The notes: generated by a model not told the origin, from the sequence alone. Positions 45,969-62,251 are shown, counted from the stretch's first letter. The stretch: DNA of 64,000 nucleotides from the human T2T-CHM13v2.0 reference genome, Homo sapiens (GCF_009914755.1 NC_060934.1); one strand, 5' to 3'. Made by a program: numbers and translations.

Positions 45969-47701
45969 CATATTTTTTATTTTGATTCATTATATTCATA
46001 AAAGAACAACCAAAAAACTTTGGGCAACAATCAAAAGAATTACATTTTAGGTAAATGCCCTATATTTTAAAAGAAACTACAAATATTTTGGTATTTATCA
46101 TAATAATATAGTTATTTAATAATAATGTATATTTTATCTATATTTAGCTTTTGGGAAAAAACATTTTACATTAAATAAAATTTAAAACAGTGTAAATAAA
46201 GGTATATATATTTACATATATGAATATCATAGTATTAATATATATTTCATTAATACTGGAGAGCATATTTTCAAATACAATCTATATAAAAAGTGTGCAC
46301 TCACTTTTTTTAAAATGAATTCTCTACTATATCTTTGTAGAAAATATTAACTAGGATCATAGAGAAGCATACAGAAGAAAAAATATCTTATTCTATATCA
46401 ATGTAAATAATGTTAAAACAATAAAGTAAAAACATACAACACCTCTCCAAGTAAACTAAGATTATTTCAAATATTTACATAATATTATTATTTTATTTCA
46501 GACATTACAATTATTTAGCAATATTGGTATGGAAGCATATAGGGACAATATATCGAGAGGACCATTTAGTAAAATGGATAAAACTCCCTAGTCCAGTAAT
46601 ATAATGATGGTAAATGAATTTATCTCTATAAAACAACTAAACAATTGTAGAAAGATGCATGTACAAAAATTTTCACTGCAGCATTTTTGTAATTCTTAAA
46701 AACTGCAAACAAACTTGACTTCCAAAATAGGAGATTCATTTTTTAAAAATCTCTTATTTATTCATGCAATAACCAATCATGCAGCTAATAAAAATAATTA
46801 TATAAATATACATTTGTTTGCATTATAATTTTACATGTATTATAAATTTTATGTAAAAAGTAGGCCGACAGCAAAATGAACAGCATAATCCAATTTAAAT
46901 TAATAAGTATTATAAATATACATATCAACACACATAAATGCTTGAAATAAAATGTGGCAGAATAAACATTAAATGTTATTTTCCCTAACTGATAAAATTA
47001 TCTTCATATATATGCTTCTTATTTTCTGATATGTTTACCATAAGCATATATTATTTTACAATTAAATGAGACTGTAATTTCCAGTAGTGATTAGATTTGG
47101 ACTAAAAGCCCAGATTTACCTCACTATTTGTCTAGCAGTAATGGTCTATAGGACACATAAAACAGATGGGCACTAGGTTAAGGATATTCAGAATAAAAGC
47201 CCTTATGCTTTGATGAATGAACCCCTAAAAGCACTGTGGCAGCAGGAAAACATAATTCACAAGAATTCAAAGAATTCATAAGTAATAAAGCACATAGTAA
47301 ACTGTAGTAAAATAAGAGGCAAATTGAGATTTATTAAAGACTCCAAATTTTAGACATGAAATAGTATAAAGTATCAACCACTCCATAACCTATTGTAAAG
47401 TGGATCATAAACCCTGAGCAATGATGTGAAATGATTCAGGTTCACTAAGCTGAGTATCTGACATTTGGATTTCATAAGCTGGGAACTTGTGGGTAAGCAT
47501 GTTTAGAGTTACTCTCTGAGTTTTCCCAGGGCCCAGTGCAATTACTGATTATAATCCACTACCCTCTGCCCCTCTGTACTCAAGAAAGACTGAGATGCAA
47601 ATAAGTGAGTACAAAGTTACTTTAGAGAGCTACTTATACCTATTAATTTTTTTTTAATTTTTCCAGAAATGAAACATCCAACTACTTTGGTAATTTAGCA
47701 A

Positions 47702-48001
47702 TTTTTTTTTGAGGTAGTGTCTCGCTCTGCTGCCCTGGCTGGAGTGCATTGGTGTGATCATAGTTCACTGCAGCCTCCACTCCCCAACCCCAAGCTCAAG
47801 GGATCCTCCCACCACAGTCTGCAGATTAGTGGGACTACAGGCACGTGTTACCATGCCTGCCTAGTTTTTCAAATTTTTTGTCAAGACAGAGTCTTACTCT
47901 ATTTGCCAGGCTGGACTCAAACTCCTGGGCTCAAGCAGTTCTCCCCACTGGGCCTCCCAAAGTGCTGGGATTACAGGTATGAGCTACTGCTGTGCCAAGC
48001 C
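47702..48001 (-). mobile_element. AluJ
   Basis: gatcatagttcactgcagcct and actcctgggctcaagc diagnostics. Confidence 0.88.
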
Positions 48002-48527
48002 CAATATAGATATTCTTAATAAAAAAAAATTTATGCTATCTGAGAACTACTTGACTGGCATATTACCATGAAACTTTTTCTCATTTTTTTTTCTTTTTTG
48101 CAACTATGTAAGACATTTCCACAGTTTTGCCCTTCAACCAATGCTTACTAGTTGTAAAAGCAGGCTCCTGTGAGTGCACCCACCAAACTACATCTTCAAG
48201 CCGGCAGCTGAGTGACACACTTACATGTTGCCATTGTTGGACAGAAATGAGTTATAGCCATGCTTGTCCTACTTTGCCAAGGGTACCACCTCTTTTTTCT
48301 AAGCACTATATTTTCTTCTTGTTCAGAAATTGACAAGCTTCCAGGATATTAAAGGGGAAGTCTAACGGTTCTCCAGGACACAGATGTTCCCTTCCTTTCT
48401 CATTCTTCTTTAAATGAGTTAAAGAAACTGTTGTTGCTATACTCAGGAAATAAACTCAAATTATGTAAATAATTCAATATCATATAAACACACACATAGA
48501 CATTTAAATTATAATAAACTTATATTA

Positions 48528-48749
<222 letters not shown>

Positions 48750-50413
48750 CTACTCATATGAATTCTTTAGCAAAGATCATGCTCTTAAACCGCGGCTGGC
48801 TCACAATCAGTTTTAAAGCTGAAAATACTCAACTGTATATCTAGCATAAGACAGAAAATATTCTTTACCAAAAGGCCAAAGTATCTGCATTATATTATTT
48901 ATAAATAATATTTTTGGTGGAAGGCAGAGATACAGACATGGTGAGTTCCATCATCCATTTTGTGTTTCCCTCTAACAACATAAATCTGTTTCCCCCCATC
49001 TATCACTTCTCACAGGAGTTATCACTGAATTTTATCCTGAACAAAAGGAAATGCCTGTAATAGCAGAGTCTGATGTCTCAATTAATTCTGTTAGACCTCT
49101 GATGTGAAAAAAAGATATTGTGAAACTAAGAAAGGAAGAGGAAATAGATTTTTAAAAAGTAGCTGAGCCTCCCATGGTGAGAACTGCTTCTTTTTATCTT
49201 AGAGCAAATACATAAAACATACATCTTGACATGAAAGACAAAACTAGTGTGCAGAAATGGAATAGAAGCCATTCTTCTTTAAGACATGTCTGGGTTACTC
49301 TACTAGAACAACGCACTAGGCCAGTGTAACATTTCAGTGATTGCTTTCTTATTATTTTTTTTCAGCAAGCTGAATTGTAGACAGTTTTTGAATAAAACTT
49401 GAAAAGATTATGTCTCTAACCCTTTCTACTGTGTTAAAGATCCCATGCATTTTACATGTCGAATGCAAACAGCACTGATGCAACTCAAATACCATTTTTC
49501 CCTCACGCAGCAATGATCTCTTTGCCAAATAATAATGTACCATGGCTTAGAGCAATCATTTTCAACCGATCCATTTTATTAAACTTATAGATATAGAAGA
49601 GATGTGGCTATGCAAGTAAAATGTAGCCTCCAAAAAAACACTAGAATAAATGGCAACTATCGAGAGAACACATCGCCTTAGGACAGCACTCAAGAATATA
49701 CAGAGAATCCATAAATACGAATCTGGCTTGAAAAATATAACGAAAAAAGTATCTGTTGCATTTTCTTAAGGCATGAAATTGGCCTAAATGTTATACCATT
49801 GCATAATTACAAGAAAAGTGGAAGGCTCTTTAAAATATTTTCTCAGTAATTTAATAATAACTATAATTATCTATAATATTTCTTTATCATACTACTACTA
49901 CCAGTCTTTATCCGCCTAAGAAATGCTGGAAAGAACCATGAATCTTTTGTAACAAGCCAGAATAATGTTTAAACACAAATGTTGTCTCACATACACATAC
50001 TTTTGTAAATGGCACATTTTTTGCACTTTTTCACATACTAGGACATAATTACATGAATATTGAGTGGAATGAGTATTTTTATTTTTGACTGAAATGGCAA
50101 ATACACAACCTACATACAATACACTCCAAAGTATAGATCAGATATTGATGGCATTTTATTGCCTATAAATATGTTCAAGAATGTATATATATTCAAGGCC
50201 CCAGTACATACTAATTTACAAATACTTCACACAACTCACCATGAAAAGATATTTGATCTGTATTTCAATATATAATTGAGAAATTGAAAGGGAATTTATT
50301 TTCTCATCAAGAAAACTTATGTACAATAGGCAGGTCAACTAACATTAACATTAATACCTTGACTCAATAGTGTTTAAGAGTAGCAACTGCAAATCTTCTG
50401 ATTGTGTGTATGC

Positions 50414-50416
<3 letters not shown>

Positions 50417-50449
<33 letters not shown>

Positions 50450-50498
50450 TCCATATATATATGCTCCATATATATATGCTCCATATATATATGCTCCA

Positions 50499-50533
<35 letters not shown>

Positions 50534-50539
50534 GCTCCA
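50417..50539. repeat. (TA)n tract with a 15-bp superunit TATATATATGCTCCA
   Basis: gctcca occurs five times within (TA)n. Confidence 0.93.
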
Positions 50540-52279
50540 AGCTGCGAGCAGATACACTAAGGGAAGGAGCCATTGAACTATCTTTACAAAGCAAATAGTT
50601 TATAACCAGATAAAGTTTTAATAGTAACTAATATTAAAGTAGTGAAACAAAAACACTGTATCTGGATTTATATTTTATTTAAAGATTCTAACTTTCATGG
50701 AAAAGATCTATAGTTTTCTTGCTCTCAGCTCACTCCTGAGTTCAATGATTGAAACTCAACAAAAAATCTTTCTACTGCTGGTGTGTTGAAAGAGTTTTGT
50801 TTGCTTGCCTGCTTTCCCCTTTAGAATTGTCCATTTGTATTGCCAAAAAGAAAAAAAAAAGCCTCTCAAATTTTCATATACAAGCTTGCTTTAAGCCAAA
50901 ATTTAGGGGAGAGAGAGAGAAGAGAGCAAAGCTTAGGCAGACATGATACAAGGAGCAATATACATATTTTTTAAAAATTAACCTAAGTGTTCACTCTGAA
51001 TTGCCTGAACAACTGTGCCCATACCCCTCTCCTTAGAAGAATACGTGACACCCAAGCTATAGTTAGCATTAAGCCAGAAACTCCTGTCTCTCCCTATCCC
51101 AGCAGTGGTGACTGTACCTTTCCACACATCCTAAGTTTTCAAGATCTGAAAAGCTAGTGTTCTAGACAATATTGGCAAGCAGCTAAACACCAGAATACTC
51201 TGGGTGTATTGGGATAATGTGCTCTCTTTCCTCCTTCGTTACTTTGCAAGCTTCCCTTTTTGCCAATAAACCTTTTGCTTAATGTGTTTCATTTGATGTT
51301 TAAATGTATTCTCTTCTTTGACTTCATTTTAAATATTACAGATAAGTTAAAAATAAAAAGATGGGAGGCACGACACAACACTAAATAAGAAAACTGGATG
51401 GCTCTATTAATGTCAGCTAGAACAAGCAATGTTTAATAGTGGTAACGAGACATATTTAATTATAATAAAGGGATCAACAGGTATAATCCTGAGTAGGCCT
51501 GTCTTGCAGAATAGGTAATACCCAAGATGGGATTCACCTTACATGAAATTTTCCTTTCATCATAATAAAAATGGTGGCAGTTCAGAAAATGGAATTAAAT
51601 TTAGTTTGATACTCATATAATAGAAGTTAAGAGAGCTGGCCCTGGAATGGATAGGCTTAGAATCCAATCCATAATCCACCACTTACCAACTATGTGAAAG
51701 TGGATAACCGCATTTACCCTCGATTTTTCTCCCTACAAAATCAGTACTATAAGAGAAAAGGCATTTCTACTATAATACTATATGTATGTTCCTGAAAAAG
51801 ACTTGTTCTCTTGTATTTAGAATAATAAAAATCAAAACAATCACAATCGTGTTAAAAATATTAGCACAGTTAAATATTTATTGATATTTTCAACACATTT
51901 CTTGGCTGGTCAATCTTTTACAGCCTTAAATACTGGGATTTGTGCTTCATCCTTTAAGAAGTAGGTATTGAGGGCCATTTACCTCTAGGGACGTTTTTTA
52001 TAAAAATGGAAAACTTCCTCTTTCATTTAGCCTCTTTATTAGCCTATTAATTCAGAAAAATAACTTTGCAGCTTCTTTATATGTACTTCCTGATTCTCAA
52101 GAGAGATTAACATATTAAATTACAGGAGTTCATGTAACTGCTAATATAGACTCTATTTGTACAGAATAAATGTTCTTCAATAGATTTTCCATTTTTTCTT
52201 AAGATCTTCTCACATAGCTAGCCCTTTCTTTTTAATTGTGACATTAGAGCTTGCCACCCATACAAGAGGATAGTGGGCA

Positions 52280-52687
52280 TTAAGTATGGTCCAAAAAACC
52301 TGTGACATGCTTCTACCCCAAAGAAAAGTCTATGTTTCTATTTCCCATGTATATGATTATGTGGTTACATAACATGAGATTCTATGTTGTATACATGTGT
52401 CTATGTGTCTGTATAACATGAGAACACAAACTGTGTTGTGTTCTGAGTCCATAAGGAATACATAACAACCTGATTGAACTTGGAAGCAAATGCTTCCCTA
52501 ACCATGTTTCAGATGAAATGGTAGCCCTGACAATTCCTTGATTATACTCTTGTGAAACCTTAAGCAGAGTACCTGGCTATGCTGTGTCTGGACTCCTGAC
52601 TCAAAGAAACTATCAAATAATAAATGTGTGTTGTTTTAAATTACCTAATTTTAATGATATTGTTATACAATAACAGGTAATTTACAC
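52280..52687 (+). mobile_element. MLT1-type MaLR LTR
   Basis: tggactcctgactcaaagaaactatcaaataataaatgtgtgttgttttaa. Confidence 0.7.
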
Positions 52688-53399
52688 AGGATTTAATGTC
52701 AAAAGATCTATGTTCAGAATCTTGGCCGCACACTATTAACTAACTGTGAGCTTAAGCAAGTTCCCAAGATTTTTACAATCAGCAATATAGAGTTCTATGA
52801 GAAAACAATAAAAATGAATGTAAGTGGAGGCACGCAACTACCCAATGAATAACATTTTTCATCCTACAGCTACTAGCAATTTATATAGATTTGAGCATAT
52901 AAAGGAGTTATATATTATTTTTCATTAAATTGGGAACATTATCAACAAAATGATTTTAAATGTAAAATGTACTTTCTGTACAACTGAAATAAGAGAAGCA
53001 CAGAACATACTTAAATACCAGCAAGAAAAAAAAAAGACTATGTATGCATATGTAAAATATAAAACAAAAAGAAGGCAACAGTTTATTCACAGTAACCGTT
53101 GATAACTTTTCATGAAATAAAAGGCCATTTCTTGCTGGCAAAAGCAAAAATGAACAAGATAATAAGCAAAAAAAGTCATACTACTAAGATCAAAAATGCT
53201 TATTAGTACTTATTAGCATTTGCTGACTGTATTAACTGGACTAAGAGATAAAATAGAAAGACGTTCAGGGAATTACCATATTTAATTATCAGACTGGTGT
53301 AAATGGGAAAGGTTTATACCCTCAGAATATTGCAATATTTTATTATTTTCAGGCCATCAAATTGCTGCAGTTAAAATTAAAAGTACAAGCATACCATGC

Positions 53400-53400
<1 letters not shown>

Positions 53401-53452
<52 letters not shown>
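53401..53452. repeat. (GT)n microsatellite
   Basis: Direct reading. Confidence 0.95.
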
Positions 53453-53454
<2 letters not shown>

Positions 53455-53605
53455 CAACATAATGATTAAAGTGGGTAAAAAACAATCTTCATACCCCACT
53501 CTCCTCAACCAAAAAAAAAAAGAAGAGTATAGAATCTAATCAGGCAGTTCTGTTCATTAGAAAAATATGTCCCAGGGGTTGAAATCAAAGAAACAAATAT
53601 TGGTT

Positions 53606-53910
<305 letters not shown>

Positions 53911-55669
53911 AAAAATATGGTTTTAAAATGTATGTGAAAGGTTGATTTGAAAAGATAAAAGCCAAAAAAGCCCTGCTTGATGAAAAAGCTCAACCTCTTA
54001 ACCTGTGTCTCCATTAGAATCAATTATAAACCTCAAATTTTGGGTTTTTCTTCCATTCCCTAACCAAACAATTAAATCTCTACCAAGCTGAAGATCCCCC
54101 CCCTTTTTTTTTTAACTAAAACTTCATTTCAACTTGTGAAATTCCTTTTTTTAGTGAAAATGCAACTGTAGAAAGTTGTTGTTGTTGTTAGATATGTGAT
54201 TTAAAATATAAACTTTTTGACTGCGATTTTAAACACTATTTCAAAGTTTTAAATGATTCGATTCAGTAAATTTGTAAGTGTGATTTATTAGATTGAAAGA
54301 ATTGATTAAGTGTCTTAAGAAAAAAATCCTCTTGGGTATGCTTGCCTACCCTTCTAGATGTTTGAAGAGTTTGTATTAAATTTATCAACATCACAGTAGT
54401 TTAATTATTAAAGATTGCATATATAGTACTTTGGATAGGGGAAGTAAGTTTGTTAAGCTTATGAGTTAATAGAACTTTAATCACAGAACAAATTAAAGTT
54501 TTTTCCCTTAGTTTTTCAGTCTTCCTACGGTTATAGCAGGAATGAAAATATTTACGTTATATTTATGGTCAAATACGATTTTGATTTTATCTGTGTCATT
54601 TACACATATTTAATATTAGTTAAAACTCAAGCAATATTCCATGAAAAGACAACCCACATATTCAAAAAATAAACAAAAACACCTAATTGACTGTAGGACA
54701 ACAAACAATTATATAAGACAATATGTTTAAGAAATGGATGTGGAATTAACTGGTAGTAGTGAATCAATGAACATATTTCAACAACTCCATTTATTTCATT
54801 TTTTGAGTTTCTGGTTGATCCAAATCCAAGTGTATATTCCAGGCAGAGAGAAAGGTCACATCATAATCCTCCTCCATTTCTCCTCTGATTTCAGATTTAA
54901 TTTTTAATATAAGATATTTAAAACCTTTTATTCCATAGATAAATTTGTACAATAGAAAATGTGGTTTTTTAGTACCTCTAGGAGAATTCTGAGTTGTCAT
55001 AACCCTACAGTTAAATCTGTTTTCTCACCTATAAAATCATTCAGATTAACAATTCTGTAAACAATAAGGCAAAATTATTTAATATGTTATTGAAAATAAT
55101 AAAACAGATGGATGTTATGACAATACTAAATGTGAATTAGAACTATGTTACAGAAAAATGTTTTGTTTCTATAGGTAATTTGCTTCTGGAAACAATTAAT
55201 TGGAGGACATATTTAATAACCATACGTGCTCAAGCAGTTTGCTTTTTTCATGTAAAAGTGGGCAAGTATTAAGACTAAATTCTGTCATTTTTTTCTATGG
55301 CAGTGCCTATCGTAGAAAAACAAATAAGCTTAAGTTTGATAATTAAAGCAGCAAAAATGTAATTAACTAAAGAGTACTCAAATATTCAAAGTTTTCTGAT
55401 AGGCTTATCATTTGAGAGGTTAATCCAGCCAAACAAATTTAATTTAAAGTACTCTCTAACTGCAAATGAAGTAAACTTTCTAAGTCATATTCCTTTTCAA
55501 TAGCACAAGTACTTGCCCTTTTTAAAAAATCAAATAAACTAACTAAATTAAATAAGATTCTTTCAGGTATTTTCTAAAGGTCATTTTATTCATTTGGTCT
55601 GTAAGATGATGAAAATCATTTTACACATTGAAGAAGCTATTTCAAAGCCTGACGAAGTACTTTACTTTC

Positions 55670-55874
55670 AAAAATATTTTCTAATAATCATTGCATAAAT
55701 GTTTCACCTCCTTGGTTAAATTGATTCCTTTGTGTTTTATTCTTTTTGATGCTATTGTAAACTGAACTATTCTCTTAATGTCTTTTTTAGCTTATTACTT
55801 GTTAGGTATACAAGTACAACTGATTTTTGTGCATTGGTTTTGTATCCTACTACTTTGCTGAATTTAGTTATTAG

Positions 55875-55913
<39 letters not shown>

Positions 55914-56185
55914 CTCTTTAGGGCAGGGATGTCCAATATTTTGGCTTCCCTAGGCCACAGTGAAAGAAGAATTGTTTTGGGCCACACAGGTAATACACTA
56001 ACACTAGCGACAGCTGATAGCTGATGAGTTACAAAAAAAAAAAAATCCCAAAAAATAATCTTATGCTGTTTTCAGAAAGTTTATAAATTTTTGTTGGGCC
56101 ACATTCAAAGTTGTCCTAGGCTGCATGTGGCCTGCGGATCATAGGTTGGACAAGCTTGCTTTAGGGTTTTCTATATGCAGTGTAT
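55670..56185 (-). mobile_element. Old L1 ORF2 fragment containing (TG)n (55876-55910) and a MER30
   Basis: ttcacctccttggttaaatt...ttttgtatcct...actttgctgaatt...tttagggttttctatat. Confidence 0.75.
55924..56158 (+). mobile_element. MER30 DNA transposon
   Basis: cagggatgtccaa...ttggacaagcttg with a perfect 8-bp TSD ctttaggg. Confidence 0.92.
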
Positions 56186-56349
56186 TTAAGAAAGAGGAAG
56201 ATTGTTTAACTTCATATAATAATAATCAGATACTTGAATATGTTTTATTATTTATACATAATATTATTCAAATATTAATCAGAGAACCACCTGAAAGTGA
56301 TTATCTACTTTCTCAACATAACTTTTTCCCACTATAAACATTCATTGTT

Positions 56350-57875
56350 ATGCAGAATATATAAAGAACTTCTGAAATCCAACAAAAAACAAATGATCTG
56401 ATTGAAAAGTGTGTAAAGAACTTGAATCAATAGTTTTTCAAAGAAGATATACAAATAATCAATAAACACACAGAAAGATGGTGAACATCACTAATCATTG
56501 GGGAAATAAAAATGAAAGCTACAATAATAAACCACCTCACATTCATTAGGATGGCTACTAGACAAAAAACCTAAAAAATAGCAAGTGTTGGCGAGGATGT
56601 GGAGAAATTGAAACACTACAATGTTGGTTGGAAAGTAAGGTGGTGCAGCCCAAAATTTCAGTTACACAAAAGAAACAAGTTCAAGAGATTAATTTTACAT
56701 CCCAGTAACTATAGTTAATAACAATATATTGTACACTTGAAAATTGCTAAGAGTGTAGATTTTAAGTATTGTCTGTACAAGAAGTGAGGTAATACATATG
56801 TTAGTTGGCTTGATTTAACCATTCTACAATGCATACACATATCAAATATGTTTTACAAAAGAAATATATACAATTTTTATTAATAAATTGAAAGTTTAAA
56901 ATAAAATCATATGGAAATTGTGGAAAACAAATGTTTCCTCAAAAATTAAAAACAGTATTACCACGTGATTCAGCCATTTTACTTCTGAGTATATACTCAA
57001 AAGACTTGAAAGCAGTCTCTGGAAGAGGTACTTATATACCCATGTTCCTGGCAGCATCATTCACAATAGCTAAAACTTGGAAGCAAATTAAGCATCCATC
57101 CATGGATAAATCAATAAACAAAATGTAGTATATACACAAAAGGAATATTATTCAGCCTTGAAAAAGAAGGAAATTCTGACACATGCTACAACATGGATCA
57201 ACAGTGAGGCTGGTATGCTAAGTTAAATAAGCCACTCATGAAAAAACAAATATGGCATGATTATACTTGAAACTGACCCAATACTTCCATATATTTTTTA
57301 ATAAACATAGATGTGTACTCTTCTGATCTGAAAGTTTGAAATTTACCAAATGATCTTCAGGCCTCTCAAAGTATCAAAAAACTCACCATATCACCACATC
57401 CAGACAATGAGATGCAGGATCCCTCATTCATTATGCTTGCTTCCTTGCCCCTCTGTAATTCCTGTTTCTTGCACATTATTGCATTTCTTCCCTGCTATAT
57501 AAACCCCTAGTTTTAGTCAGTGAGGGAGATAAATTTGAGACAGCTCCCATCTCCTCGGCAGTATCACCTGATTAAAGCCTTCTTCCTTGGCAATATTCAT
57601 CGTCTCAGTGATTGAGTTTGTGTGGCAAACAGCAGGACCTAGACCAAATCCCTGGTGTTTTGGTAACACACTTATATGGGGTACTTAAAGTAGTCAAAAT
57701 CATTGACAAAGTAGGTTGTTACCAAGGACTTGGGGAGGGAGTAATGGGGAGTTATTGATTAATGGTATAGAGTTTTAGTTTTACAAGATGAATACAGTTC
57801 TGGAAATGGATAGTGGTAATGGCTGCACAACTGTATGAATATACTTAATACCACTGAACTGTACACTCAGATATG
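56350..57875 (+). mobile_element. L1MB-type 3' region with a nested L1MA-type 3' UTR piece (about 56650-56908) and a nested LTR47
   Basis: gtgttggcgaggatgtggagaaattg...ggtgcagcc|insert|tgtggaaaac...aataccactgaactgtacact. Confidence 0.78.
57268..57668 (+). mobile_element. LTR47-like solo LTR
   Basis: tgaaactgaccc...ttttggtaaca with flanks tact/cact. Confidence 0.82.
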
Positions 57876-59117
57876 TTTACATCTGTTCCTCTTGCTTCAC
57901 TTGTCCTTATCGTATTTGCTACAAGGCATTAGGATCAATTATCCCCCACAAGTATGGAAAGTCTTTTCTCTGTTCAAATGTTCATCAGCATGAAGGGTCC
58001 AAAAATGGCCAGAGGACAATCTGAGCTTCCAATTAGTCAGAACAATAGTTGAGTTTCGTTGTCAAAGCGTTCAACTTCTGGTCCTAGAACCCAAATGTCA
58101 CCCAGCTGAAGGTCACAGACAAGAAAGCCAAAATTATTCACGAAGATCATTAAGTAAGATAGGAAGAGAGATCACTTTCATCTTCACTTCAAGTTGCCCA
58201 GGCTCTGTTATGTCATGCCATCTCCTGCATAGCTATTCAGGAGAGGGCATGCCTTCGTGACCTCTAATTTAAAGCATACGCCACATACTGTAAGAGAATG
58301 ACCAAACCTCATAGAAGTTCATCTTCTACTAGCCGTTATCTGAGAATTAAGAATTCTATCCCACCATCTTCTTCTGCTAGCTGCTTCTGAATGGTAGGCA
58401 TTGTAGTAACATTATTGGATTAAGCTGTGGTGTGAGCTCTTTGCTATGATCCTTCACCTTAAAATAAAATAAATCACCTTGTTGGAAATGAGGTTGTATG
58501 TCCACCAGATAATGATCAAAAGCATTGGAAAGACGTTCTCTGAGCACATGAATGTTGTTTCAGGTAGAAGGTCTACAGACAACACAAATCCATACTGAAT
58601 CATATTTATCCATATAAGGACCCTCCTCCATGATAAAAGTGGGTTTAATGCCACTGGTCAGTGAGCTGGTTCCCTGAGGAATGATACCATAATAGGGATT
58701 CAGATTTGGGTTCTATTACTGGCACATTGAGTATCAGCAACAGAAGTAACCAGATTAGCCTTAGTAATGCTATCTTCTTGAGCCCACATATTAATCCCAT
58801 TTAGGTCACTATGAGCACTTTACACACAGGGTCATTTATTTATCCCTATTGAGACCAGGAAGCCCATTCTGTTACAGCGTCCCTCACTGACATCCCTAAT
58901 CTACAGAGAAAACAAAACAAAACAAAACAAAAAAAACTGTAGGGCTCTTCAAGGAAGCCGGATGCCCTTTTACCAATATACTTGTTAAATCTTGCTGAAG
59001 TGCATGTCCTCTGGTTATCTTAGAAGTGTATAGATAAAGGCTGGTTTATCAGATTACACATGAAGATAAATTCATTGCACATTTCCATCACTCTGAACTT
59101 TTAAACTCCTCTAAAGT

Positions 59118-59791
<674 letters not shown>

Positions 59792-60037
59792 TCAGACATT
59801 TTGACTTCATTAACTATAAGCTATTATTGAGACTTGGTTTCAGTTAGCCAATCTAGCAGACTATTAACGCCACTTTTCATTGTGGTAGCCAAAACATCAC
59901 ACCCTGAATTCAGGGTGAATGCATTCATGCAAAAGAATTCAGCTTCAGCAAGTTTTGTATTTTGTTGTCCATTGTCTAACGTCTTTAGAATTCACTCCCA
60001 TGCATGATTTCTAGCTCCCTGCCAATAGTGACAATGA

Positions 60038-60351
<314 letters not shown>

Positions 60352-61199
60352 AACCTATACCTGTTTTGTAGTATAGGCTATCTTGTTTTAAAAAAGATCT
60401 TATATTCCTGTCTTGACTAAAAGCTAACATTTCTTATGGCCCTAGAATCAATGAGAGATGGTATAAGTGGGTCATGAAAAGAATTGACATTAGCTCTTGA
60501 GGAAACTGTCCAAATATAGTTACTGTAAGGCTATTAGGCAGAAGAGGACTAGAGAAAGTGAGAGGGTCTATGTTCACTAGCCAGAAAGTTCATGAAATTG
60601 AGATATTCAATGTTTTCACCATTATCATTTTCCCATCTCATGTCTCAATGTCCCTTTTCTTCCCCAGTGCCAATTTTCAGTGCCTTTTCTATAGGTTAAG
60701 AGGATCAAAAGGGTTGAGAGTTCCAAGTATGTTGCATCTCTGCAACACTTATAATCATAAAAAGATGGGCTCCTTCAAAGCTGCCCTGATGACCTTCTGT
60801 TTCCCCATGTGCTCTTATTGCATTTTATACCTGTTAGTTTACATTTTCCCTATATACATTCTCAAGTATATAGAGAATATACACTTGGTTGTCATGAGAA
60901 ACCAAATGTAATAATAATTACAACTATTGCTACAGTGAGTAATTGCTGCAGCCACTTGATCATCCAATACTCTATACCTGCACTCATCCCATGCCACCAC
61001 AGGTGTCATTTGAGTAATTGTGATGCCACACCTGGCAAAAATTAGCCACATGCTATGTGAATCTCCCACCTCCATGAAAGGAGTTTATGCATGGATCCTT
61101 AATATGCACACTCCAATCCAAGAATCTCATTTTGAGTTATTTTTTTTTCTTAGAGACAAGTCAAGCACCAATTACTATAATACTTGTTGTACCAGCAAG

Positions 61200-61603
61200 A
61201 AAATGTCACCCTCAAATTTAGATAAACCAATGTGTTTTTAGTAAAGGAAAGCTTAAGAGAGGTGTGAGTAGGGTATAGGGGAACTATAAGAGGTAATGTC
61301 ATACACTGACAAACAAGGAATACAGAAGAAAAATTTCATCAGGAAAAAAAAAAACCAACATAATCTAATGGGGAAATGTCATATAACATGAGCCATGTTT
61401 AGAAAAGAAGGCAGCCAGCTTGGAGAGAACCTATGCAACACATACCTGGCTATTATTTACCTCTTTCCCTTCATATTCTCCTTTCTTTGCCCATTTGTGG
61501 AAGCCAACTGAATGTCAGATGGCTCAGGAGCCTTCTGATGCAATCCATGCATCTCTGAGAAGGTGAAGAGTGGATGTAAAGGGCAAACAGATGTATCTGC
61601 ACA
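61200..61603 (-). mobile_element. LTR33-like ERVL LTR
   Basis: gatgcaatccat...gagtggatgtaaagggcaaacag...ctgcaca matches the reverse of the recalled LTR33 5' end. Confidence 0.6.
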
Positions 61604-61938
61604 TTACCTCCTCAAGGCATTGTCTTCTGAATTGGTCTTGTCAAGAGAATCTCAATCAACAATGGGATATAGATTCGGGAGAAATTGAGAGGAAATTTAT
61701 GAGTTAAAGCTTAAGTGATTGGCTTAGGAAAGCAAGTGCCATATAGTGTGAGGCATAATAACACTGTGGTACTGGACATTATTTAGTTGTAGTTTCCTTT
61801 ATGTGTCTGTATAAAATCAACTTTTAGTTATATAATTTGCTCTATAGTACAGGTACTTTGTTTCAATCTCTCTCTTTCCACTATAAGAATTGCATACACA
61901 TTTGAAAGCTAGTTTAATTTAAAAAAAAGTACTAATTT

Positions 61939-62251
61939 GGCCGGGCATGGCGGCTTACACCTGTAATCACAACACTTTGGGAGGCTGAGGCAGGTGGATC
62001 TCCTGAGGCCAGGAGTTCAAGGTCAGTCTGGTCAACATGGCGAAACCCCATCTGTACTTAAAATACAAAAAAATTCGGTAGGCATGGTGGTGGGCGCCTG
62101 TGATCCCAGCTACTTGGGAGGCTGAGGCAGAAAAATCACTTGAACCCAGGAGGACTATGTTGCAGTCAGGCTAGATTGTGCCACTGCACTCCAGCCTGGC
62201 TTGGGTGACAGAGTGAGGCTGTCTCAAAAAAAAAAAAAAAAAAAAAAAAAA
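61939..62251 (+). mobile_element. Alu (S-type)
   Basis: Full dimer with long poly(A). Confidence 0.92.

Noticed and set aside
50351-50598. Repetitive YIYGA/YIYAP ORFs
   Set aside because: Translations of the (TA)n-GCTCCA repeat.
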